Shown piece by piece: positions 8,095 through 15,220 of a stretch of 15,220 nucleotides of DNA. The stretch is from Myxococcota bacterium (GTDB lineage: Bacteria > Myxococcota_A > Bradymonadia > UBA7976 > UBA1532), in contig JAYZEG010000085.1 of assembly GCA_036337435.1 (NCBI GenBank), positions 1 through 15,220 on the forward strand, read 5' to 3'. A model generated the notes under the pieces. It saw only the letters and a program-made list of their open reading frames with translations. It was not told the DNA's origin and did no database searches. The translations under genes and the position numbers were made by a program. How positions within the stretch are numbered: position 1 is the first letter of the stretch; every line of letters begins with the position of its first letter.

Positions 8095-9501
8095 CTATTC
8101 AAAACATGCGTTTACTTGTTCGCAGGAGTCCGTCTCCGTCAAGCAGGCCCAAGACTGAGATGAAATTGCATCTTCGCCCTGTGCGACGGCACAGAAATAG
8201 GGGCAAACGCCGTTTGTGGCCAATGGATTTCTGTCCGGCAAACACGGCACCAGTGCCGCGCAGGCTGCATCGCAGACATCATAGTCATTCTCGGGCATGT
8301 CCAAGCAGATGTTAATCAGCGCGCCTGACCCGTCCATCTCACCGCTGTCGATTGTGAAATACGTTGTAAAACCGGTCGCCATCTCAGAGCCACAGTCATT
8401 CTGCGCGACAGCGGCAGCCACATCGGCTTCAGCCAACGTGTTGTTGTCGACCAAGAACTCACACAGGCCACTGACAGCCTCTCGTACACCGACTTCGAGC
8501 CGGGCACTTGCGGGGCATGTGTCAGCAATGCAGCCCTGAACTTGGTCGCCGAGACCTCGGCAGCTTTCAAGGCGCGGTGGTGGTTCATTTTCATCGAAGC
8601 AAGCAAATACATCGCCACATTGATTCTGCTCTGAGACGCAATTCCACTGGCTCGTGGATGGCACGCCCTCAGTCGCAGCACCACAGAGGAAACGGCAGGT
8701 TGGATAATCACCGAAGCCGCCTCCATCTTCGGGCCGCGTATCCTCAGGAATGCATACATCTAACTGCTGGCATGCAGCGTCACAAACAGCCTCTGAATTC
8801 ACCGGCCCGTTTGAACAAAGGGGTACGAGACCACCGGACCCATCGGGCCCCTCTTCAGCAAGAATAAAACCCAGGACCGACGTCACCAGAATATTGTTAC
8901 ATTCGGCATCAGCTAAGTCAGACAACTGGCTTTCTTCGAAATCGCCTCGCTGCACGGCCGATGCACAGATACTGCCAAAGAGAAAGTCAACGCCCGAACC
9001 AATGGCCCCTGCATTTGGACAGACATCGGCAAAACAGCGACCTGCAAGTGCCACGTAATCATCACAAATTGGGTTCATTGCGACCATTTCAGAGCCGCAG
9101 CGGTCGGCAATGGCAGGAGACCGCTCCGACACAGCACTGACAATGTCAGCGCATTGGCCGTCCAACGACACCTGTTCAATGAAATCATCCTGAGCGGCGC
9201 AACTCATACGGCAAGCGGCTCGGAGAACGATGGCATTGGCAGACGGACACACATCATCGGCACAATCAACGAATCGATCGCAGATGGAATCACACGTTGC
9301 AGGTTCTCCCGTTCCCCCGTCACCGGTTTGCGTCATCATATCCGCGTTTGAGGTCGCGTCAGCCGAATCACCATCGACCGATGTCCCATCCATCTCAAAA
9401 CCTGCATCGACCGTCGGTGTAGCCGAACCCACGCTGCTGTTTTCGTTGGTACAGCCGAAAAAGCCAGCTGCGATCATCACTAGTAATACACATATTCTCA
9501 C
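8095..9501 (-). CDS. Cys-rich acidic lipoprotein with an internal tandem duplication (468 aa)
   Basis: GTG start with GGAGG SD; signal peptide ending FFG|C17; D/G/S/T-rich linker; one 8-Cys module then two homologous 14-Cys modules. Confidence 0.88.
   Translation of the reverse strand: MRICVLLVMIAAGFFGCTNENSSVGSATPTVDAGFEMDGTSVDGDSADATSNADMMTQTGDGGTGEPATCDSICDRFVDCADDVCPSANAIVLRAACRMSCAAQDDFIEQVSLDGQCADIVSAVSERSPAIADRCGSEMVAMNPICDDYVALAGRCFADVCPNAGAIGSGVDFLFGSICASAVQRGDFEESQLSDLADAECNNILVTSVLGFILAEEGPDGSGGLVPLCSNGPVNSEAVCDAACQQLDVCIPEDTRPEDGGGFGDYPTCRFLCGAATEGVPSTSQWNCVSEQNQCGDVFACFDENEPPPRLESCRGLGDQVQGCIADTCPASARLEVGVREAVSGLCEFLVDNNTLAEADVAAAVAQNDCGSEMATGFTTYFTIDSGEMDGSGALINICLDMPENDYDVCDAACAALVPCLPDRNPLATNGVCPYFCAVAQGEDAISSQSWACLTETDSCEQVNACFE
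8101..9066 (-). repeat. Protein-level tandem repeat: two modules of about 155 aa (aa 146-302 and 314-467)
   Basis: Manual alignment: CFADVCP/CIADTCP, DGSGGLVPLC/DGSGALINIC, VCDAACQQLDVCIP/VCDAACAALVPCLP, CRFLC/CPYFC, WNC/WAC, CGDVFACF/CEQVNACF; 14 Cys in each, in the same order. Confidence 0.88.
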
Positions 9502-9570
9502 GGGCCTACCTCCACGCGCCGAGACTCGACGGCCATACTAAAGCATATTCAGAGTGTCTATGTCGATGAT

Positions 9571-10551
9571 TTAGGATGCGTTTAAATCCCGTTCCAACAT
9601 GCGTTTCAATGGGCGCAGGGCGGCGACTCTAATGTCTTCGGGCACGTCGATAGCAGGTGCGAGATTATGCAATGCAGAGTAGAGCTTTTCGAGTGTGTTC
9701 AATTTCATGTGAGGACATTCATTACAGGCACAGTTGGCCTCAGGCGGGCCCGGAATCAACGTCTTGTTCGGCGCTGCTTTTGCCATCTGATGCAGAATGC
9801 CAGATTCGGTCAAAACAATAAATTTATCTTCGGGCGAATCACACACATAGTTGAGCAGTGAGGAGGTCGAACCAATATGATGGGCATGTCTTAAAACCTG
9901 GGGTTCACATTCAGGATGCGCGATGACTTTAGCGTCTGGATGCCGGACCTTCAATTGCACCAACTTCTTCTCGCTGAACACTTCGTGAACCTGACACGTA
10001 CCCTGCCACAGCACCATATCGCGCCCAGTTTGCTCCATGACATATCGACCTAAGTTACGGTCAGGCGCAAAGATCAAGGGTTCATTCGGATCAAAGAGAT
10101 TGACGATGTCAACGGCATTACTTGACGTACAAATGACGTCGCTCAACGCCTTAACGCCCGCCGAGCAATTGATATAACTGACGACTTTGTGTCCAGGGTG
10201 AGCCTCTTTAAACGCCTCTAGTCGATCAGCCGGACACGCATCTGCGAGAGAACAACCCGCAGCCAAATCCGGGAGCACTACCGTCTTATCGGGATTCACA
10301 ATTTTGGCTGTTTCAGCCATAAAGTGCACACCAGCAAACACGATAACGTCAGCGTCGGTCGTGGCAGCCTTTCGGCTGAGTTCGAGAGAATCACCGACGA
10401 AATCTGCAATATCCTGAATGTCCGGATCTTGATAATAGTGAGCCAGAATGATGGCGTTTTGCTTTTTCTTTAATTCGTCGATGGCATCGAACAAATCAAT
10501 CTGTGGATCGATTTCGTGCCCGTCAGAAATTTGGATAAAGCGATCGTTCAC
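9571..10551 (-). CDS. nadA: Quinolinate synthase A ([4Fe-4S])
   Basis: [73 protein letters not shown]; three cluster Cys present; GTG start with AGGAG. Confidence 0.98.
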   Translation of the reverse strand: MNDRFIQISDGHEIDPQIDLFDAIDELKKKQNAIILAHYYQDPDIQDIADFVGDSLELSRKAATTDADVIVFAGVHFMAETAKIVNPDKTVVLPDLAAGCSLADACPADRLEAFKEAHPGHKVVSYINCSAGVKALSDVICTSSNAVDIVNLFDPNEPLIFAPDRNLGRYVMEQTGRDMVLWQGTCQVHEVFSEKKLVQLKVRHPDAKVIAHPECEPQVLRHAHHIGSTSSLLNYVCDSPEDKFIVLTESGILHQMAKAAPNKTLIPGPPEANCACNECPHMKLNTLEKLYSALHNLAPAIDVPEDIRVAALRPLKRMLERDLNAS

Positions 10552-10561
10552 GGAACGTCTC

Positions 10562-11416
10562 CTACTCTTGACTCAAAGCCCGTACGACAACTGAGGCGGC
10601 CGTCAAACCGAACGTTCCCGTGACAAAGGATGCACTCCCATCAATACGGACACGCCGATCACATGTTAGCAAGCCATTTTCGCCTTGTGGGCAGACACAG
10701 ACAAAGCCGGTCCCCTCATCGTAAGCAAGGTCTTTTGGAGCCTGCACGAATTCAGTGCTGTAAACAGCCGGTATGCCCCACGGGGCTCGTCCTCGGGGAA
10801 AACCGTGTTTTTCTCTCAGGATTTTACGGACGTTGACGGCCATTCGACAATTCTTCGTTTTATTGAGGTCGACCACGTCTATTTGTGTCGGATCCCAACG
10901 GCCCGCAGCCCCCATCGACGAAACCAGTGGCACCCCCCGCTGCTTACAGGTTGCGATAAGGTGGCATTTAGCCGTAAATTGGTCGATGGCATCGACGACG
11001 AAGTCGGGATCGCCATCCAGCAATTCATCAGAGCTTTCCGCCTGGTAAAACAGCTTTATTGCTTCCACGGTCGCCATGGGATTTATTCGTCTTAGTCGGT
11101 CAGCCATCAGTTCGACTTTCGGCTTGCCTATGTTGCCTTTCATCGCGTGAAGTTGCCGATTGCAATTGGTGACACAGACATCGTCAAAATCGACGATACG
11201 AATCCGGCCCACGCCGCTTCGGACCAGTGACTCTGCCGTAAAACTGCCGACACCGCCAATACCAAATACGATAACGAAGCTATCCATGAGTGACGCCATA
11301 CCATCATCGCCGGTCAACCGGGCCATCCGGTCAAACCGTCTATGTAGTTTGTACGATTTACTCTGTTTTGAGGCGGCGTCGGGTTGAGCCGCGTTATGAA
11401 TTTCTATGCCGTTCAT
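10562..11416 (-). CDS. tcdA: tRNA threonylcarbamoyladenosine dehydratase (ThiF/E1-like superfamily)
   Basis: [74 protein letters not shown]-type SD. Confidence 0.93.
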   Translation of the reverse strand: MNGIEIHNAAQPDAASKQSKSYKLHRRFDRMARLTGDDGMASLMDSFVIVFGIGGVGSFTAESLVRSGVGRIRIVDFDDVCVTNCNRQLHAMKGNIGKPKVELMADRLRRINPMATVEAIKLFYQAESSDELLDGDPDFVVDAIDQFTAKCHLIATCKQRGVPLVSSMGAAGRWDPTQIDVVDLNKTKNCRMAVNVRKILREKHGFPRGRAPWGIPAVYSTEFVQAPKDLAYDEGTGFVCVCPQGENGLLTCDRRVRIDGSASFVTGTFGLTAASVVVRALSQE

Positions 11417-11456
11417 GCCTCACCTCGCAAGTCACTGAACACGATTTCTGAATTCA

Positions 11457-12239
11457 TCAGGACCACGCCCGGTCTCCTAAAAGAACCTCACAATTGGTCG
11501 TTGATTGTCTCAAAATCTCGTTTTCATCACACCCCTTTAGTTGGGCGATATGCTTCGCCACATCAATTACCACAGTTGGCTCGTTTCGGTCACCCTTGAT
11601 GATCGGCTGATCCGGGGCGTCACTCTCAATCAGTAGGCGGTCGCATGGGACTGCGTTCGCAAGGGCATGAGCGCGCCCTGGATTCATTCGCATTATGCTG
11701 GTCCCGAAGCTGATACATAGGCCCCATTTCAAATAAGCTTTCATCACCTCTACTGAGCCGCTGAAGCTATGGACCATGCCTGTACTCGGTCGATAGTCGC
11801 TCAAAATCTCTAGGGCGGCTCCATGACAACCAACAATGTGGAGAATGAGAGGGCTGCTGAGGTCTTGAGCCAGTTCGATCTGTTTCCTGAACGCAAAGCG
11901 CTGCAAGTCCAACGAGGACTTCGGAGCAAAGTGCTTATCTAGTCCGGTTTCGCCAATCGCCGCTGGTGGTCTGGACGATGAAAACAAGTCTGGGATAGAG
12001 CGAATCCATCGCTCGAGCTCCGCACGGTTACTTTTTGAAACCGCGACTGGATGAATGCCGGCTGCCCAAGCAATGCCTGGATGTGCACGAGCCAGCCGTT
12101 GCTGCCTTGCCCATCCCGCGTGCTCAACACCGCTGACCAAAAAGCGATTTATACCTCGCTGAGCGGCTCTATCGATCACCGCCACCCGGTCCGGCTCGAA
12201 GGCGTCAAAATCGAGATGACAATGGGCATCGATGTACAT
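11457..12239 (-). CDS. tatD: TatD family metal-dependent nuclease/hydrolase, 260 aa
   Basis: Re-started at ATG 12239 (MYIDAHCHLD). Motifs GIHP, AIGETGLD, LILH, HSFSGS and LLIESDAPD. Which TatD paralogue is not resolvable. Confidence 0.92.
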   Translation of the reverse strand: MYIDAHCHLDFDAFEPDRVAVIDRAAQRGINRFLVSGVEHAGWARQQRLARAHPGIAWAAGIHPVAVSKSNRAELERWIRSIPDLFSSSRPPAAIGETGLDKHFAPKSSLDLQRFAFRKQIELAQDLSSPLILHIVGCHGAALEILSDYRPSTGMVHSFSGSVEVMKAYLKWGLCISFGTSIMRMNPGRAHALANAVPCDRLLIESDAPDQPIIKGDRNEPTVVIDVAKHIAQLKGCDENEILRQSTTNCEVLLGDRAWS

Positions 12240-12354
12240 GGGCGTCGTTTTTTTCCACGAGGCTGGTCTGAACCACACCATATATGGGACCATTCAACTG
12301 TGATAACAAGACAATCCATTTAAAAAAACACTCGGGGCCGATTCCAGACGACCA

Positions 12355-13200
12355 ATGCACTTAAAACGACTCATATTGTATTTTATGATCACTCTATTGA
12401 GCGGATGCTTTGATCGATTAAGCGGTGCCACGCCAACCATTCGGACTGTTTCCCCGAACCCCATGGTTTTAGGCGAGCGGGCTACGGTGAAAGGTCTGTT
12501 ATTTCCAGCCGATTCAAGGGTTTTCGTCGATGGACAGAACGCGACTGTAGAAGATATCAGCGGGCGAGAAATCACCATTCGTGTGCCGAGACAGGCTGCT
12601 GCGGGTCATCGTCTCTTACTTCTCCGCAGTCCTAGCTTAACAAATTCAATGACCTACCCTGTGGAGATTGTCTCGCGGAACATGAACTCAAGTCCCGATG
12701 CCCAACAACCAGTATCTGCTGATTTTGGTACAGCGTTACCTCAAGACCAATTTACAGATGCGGGCATCCCAAACCGTTTGCTCGGTGTTTTCTCGCCGGA
12801 TCCCAGTACGGAGGGAGCAGTGACCATCTCTTCCATTGATCAAGTTGACGGACAGCTTCAACTCAGAATCGATCTACCGGAGTCGGCCGGCGAGATTTGG
12901 GGCGTTGCTTTTCATCTTGTATATGACCCCAATATTATGGTTTTCAGGTCGGTTTCAAACAGAGACACATCACGGGCTTTCCAGATCAAAGAAGCACCCA
13001 TAGGCCGACTCCTGGTTGGCTGGATTCTCCAAGCTGAGGACCAAAGACAATTGGACATACATTTCGACTTGGTTGGACGCGGTGAAGCCCGACTCGACTT
13101 TCCGATTCATCACAGAACACTCAGGGACGAAAACAACAACCCCGTCCCTAATGTCTCATGTCTGACCGGCAGCGTTCGAGTCCGAGAGGTAAACCCATGA
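12355..13200 (+). CDS. Lipoprotein with an IPT/TIG domain and a C-terminal cohesin-like beta-sandwich (281 aa)
   Basis: Lipobox LSG|C18. PTIRTVSP...GERATVKG..F.....VFVDG...ITIRVP (about 12433-12670) fits IPT/TIG. Low-complexity P/D/Q linker. From about 12814: LQLRIDL...IWGVAFHLVYDPNIMVF...GRLLVGW...LDIHF...GEARLDF...LRDENNNPV...GSVRV fits a cohesin pattern. CDS is secure; domain calls are moderate. Confidence 0.8.
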   Translation: MHLKRLILYFMITLLSGCFDRLSGATPTIRTVSPNPMVLGERATVKGLLFPADSRVFVDGQNATVEDISGREITIRVPRQAAAGHRLLLLRSPSLTNSMTYPVEIVSRNMNSSPDAQQPVSADFGTALPQDQFTDAGIPNRLLGVFSPDPSTEGAVTISSIDQVDGQLQLRIDLPESAGEIWGVAFHLVYDPNIMVFRSVSNRDTSRAFQIKEAPIGRLLVGWILQAEDQRQLDIHFDLVGRGEARLDFPIHHRTLRDENNNPVPNVSCLTGSVRVREVNP

Positions 13201-15026
13201 AGTGCTGTCTGACCCTCGTCATGTTGCTGGCATATACTGCACATGGGCAGGAGAGACGGCTGGTAAAAGACTTCTGCGGCCTGAGTGCGCCCGCAATCGA
13301 GCCATCTCAAGAAAAACGAGCGGACCGTGTCGGCGACTACGACATAATCAGCCTCGACGTAACGTTGTCGGAGTCAGGCGCGGGGTTCTACACCCGTGCG
13401 AGTTACCAAATCATCGTGTTTGCTCTTCTCTCAATCGAGTCCGAGATCTCGTTTTTCGTACCTGGACTCGATGTTGATGAAGTCACTATGCGAGACGAGA
13501 GCGGTGCCCGGACGCCAGCAAACTTCCGTCCGGATTCTGATACTGGACTGCTCTATGTCGAGCTGGATGATGGTCTGGCAGCGGACGCCATTGTGACTTT
13601 TGAGCTGACCGGTTCCCTTGCTCTCGAGCGGGTCTGCACTGGACCCAGAAACTGCATTTTAGAGGGCGACTACCAACATCTGGCGACAGCTGGCTGGTAT
13701 CCAATGAGCGATACGTATGCAACGGATGACCGTTTTCACATCCGTACATCACTGCGAGAGTCAGTGGGGTCCAACGCCGTCGGACGAACCATTGGCATTG
13801 TCGCTCCGGACGATGAGGGGAACGTGTACTTTCAAACAGCCACAAGAACCTACCTTCCAGCCGTTACGCGAGGCCCGTACAGCGTCATACAGGGGGAAGC
13901 CGGGTTCGAATTTTTCGCACCTCAAGATGTGAATCGCGTCGCTTTCAACGGGGCCCTAGCAGAGAGTCGACTCCTCTACGAGAGCTTGTTCGGCGACATG
14001 CCCTTCGCCCCCATCCAAGTCGCCACCATCAGCGACGAAGCCCGAGTGGCAATCGGAGCCCAAGCCCTCATCCTCGTGCCCGCTGGTCTATGGCGCATAT
14101 CCAGAGACGACCCATTTTTTGAAACCGTGCTTGAAATCTTGAGTCATGAACTGGCGCATCAGTATTTCTTTAACTTGGTTGCCATTACGGACCCACGCGA
14201 CGGTTGGTTATCCGAGGGATTTGCGGAGTATGCGGCGACCCGTGCCTCGGAGTTCCGGACCGGCGAACAGACCCATATCATGCGAAATTATTGGGCCTAC
14301 ATGCTCGCCGCCAACGGACGTAACGATGCACCGGTGTACGGCTTAGCCGTGCGTGATAGCCCCATCGTATATGAAATCATGTATCAAAAAGGCAGCTCGC
14401 TCCTCGAAATGCTCCGCCGCCGACTCGGCACGCAGCCGTTTGACCAAGCACTGTTGGACTACACCCAACAATTTGCCAATCAGATCGCGACGACAGCAGA
14501 ATTCGAAACTTTTCTTGTCGCACGCTTCCCCGAGGCGAATATCGAGTCATTTTTCCAGAACTGGGTCTATCTGAGCGGCTTTCCAGAGATGACGCTTCGG
14601 GTGACCAGGCAGCGATTGGACAGCGGTCAATTGACCGTGGAAACATCCGTCAGAGTGCCAGCGGGTACCGATGGACTTAGTGAACCAATTCCCGTTCGGA
14701 TCATCGGAAATGGCCCCCCTGTAGACACCATCCTAAATGCCGACGCAACCGAACAGGCCATCAGCTTGGAAAGTGCCGCCCACGGTCTTCAAATTGACCC
14801 TGATATAACCTTCTTTCGCCGTATTTATGCCGAACCACGAACGGACATAAACTTAAACGGGGTCGTCGATGGAATGGATTTACTAGACGTCACCTATGCG
14901 ACCAACTGGCCAACCCCAGGCCTGCACTGGGATGAGTTGGCTGACGTCAATGGAGATGGAATCACAGACACCCTAGACATAGACGAAGTCATCGATCAAC
15001 TCGGCACGTTTAACGGCCCTCGCTGA
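13197..15026 (+). CDS. Secreted M1-family (gluzincin) zinc peptidase with a C-terminal dockerin-like domain (609 aa)
   Basis: Re-started at ATG 13197 (GAGG SD, ATGA overlap). Signal peptide ending AHG|Q; HELAH-x18-E (14145-14216, WLSEGFAEY); YQKG...LEMLR catalytic Tyr motif; FFQNWV...GFP; IDPD; two Ca-loop repeats DINLNGVVDGMD (14844) and DVNGDGITDTLD (14943). Confidence 0.92.
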   Translation: MKCCLTLVMLLAYTAHGQERRLVKDFCGLSAPAIEPSQEKRADRVGDYDIISLDVTLSESGAGFYTRASYQIIVFALLSIESEISFFVPGLDVDEVTMRDESGARTPANFRPDSDTGLLYVELDDGLAADAIVTFELTGSLALERVCTGPRNCILEGDYQHLATAGWYPMSDTYATDDRFHIRTSLRESVGSNAVGRTIGIVAPDDEGNVYFQTATRTYLPAVTRGPYSVIQGEAGFEFFAPQDVNRVAFNGALAESRLLYESLFGDMPFAPIQVATISDEARVAIGAQALILVPAGLWRISRDDPFFETVLEILSHELAHQYFFNLVAITDPRDGWLSEGFAEYAATRASEFRTGEQTHIMRNYWAYMLAANGRNDAPVYGLAVRDSPIVYEIMYQKGSSLLEMLRRRLGTQPFDQALLDYTQQFANQIATTAEFETFLVARFPEANIESFFQNWVYLSGFPEMTLRVTRQRLDSGQLTVETSVRVPAGTDGLSEPIPVRIIGNGPPVDTILNADATEQAISLESAAHGLQIDPDITFFRRIYAEPRTDINLNGVVDGMDLLDVTYATNWPTPGLHWDELADVNGDGITDTLDIDEVIDQLGTFNGPR

Positions 15027-15220
15027 TTTTGAATCGAAGCATGTATTGCCCCAGCTGACTGTCCATAGGGACCCGTAAGGATAATTTAAAACGGCCTGTT
15101 TCATCGGTTTTACCACCACCGAGAACAACCCGGTCAAGACCCTGTTTAAGGGCATAAGCTTCGATATACACCCGGGCTGCCCCACGGTTCAGGCCCGTTT
15201 TTTTGACCATACCTTCGACG
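15010..15220 (-). CDS. C-terminal end of a gene entering from beyond the window (beta-rich, possibly Ig-like tail)
   Basis: Frame stays open to the window edge (...VEGMVKKTG...); GKTDETGRFKLSLRVP...GQYMLRF has a beta-sandwich-like pattern; TAA at 15012-15010. Confidence 0.65.
   Translation of the reverse strand, partial: VEGMVKKTGLNRGAARVYIEAYALKQGLDRVVLGGGKTDETGRFKLSLRVPMDSQLGQYMLRFKISEGR

Noticed and set aside
8095..9501. Multiheme cytochrome or Fe-S protein reading of the Cys-rich ORF
   Set aside because: No CxxCH motifs and no ferredoxin-type spacing; an exported lipoprotein with even Cys counts fits disulfides better.
1..15220. Window ends share a short inverted match (CGTCGA at the start, TCGACG at the end)
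   Set aside because: Only 6 bp, both inside coding frames, and no transposase or integrase is present; consistent with chance.

Overview
Gene-dense bacterial chromosomal segment with no rRNA, tRNA, CRISPR array or mobile element visible. The Cys-rich and DAG-linker lipoproteins suggest a Myxococcota/deltaproteobacterial host (inference only). Gene order: truncated lipoprotein (-), basic hypothetical (-), MoxR AAA+ ATPase and VWA partner (+), Dabb barrel protein (-), two hypotheticals, class B J-domain protein (-), an orphan TPP-dependent E1-alpha translationally coupled to aroC (+), a Cys-rich lipoprotein with a 14-Cys tandem duplication (-), tatD-tcdA-nadA (-), a divergent two-gene operon (+), and a truncated convergent ORF (-). 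The two-gene operon is the most interesting element. It encodes a lipoprotein with IPT/TIG and cohesin-like domains, coupled by an ATGA overlap to a secreted M1-type zinc peptidase with a C-terminal dockerin-like double Ca-binding repeat. This looks like a minimal cellulosome-style, membrane-anchored proteolytic complex. Several ORF-track starts were moved to better supported downstream starts. All family assignments come from motif recognition by eye, not database searches.
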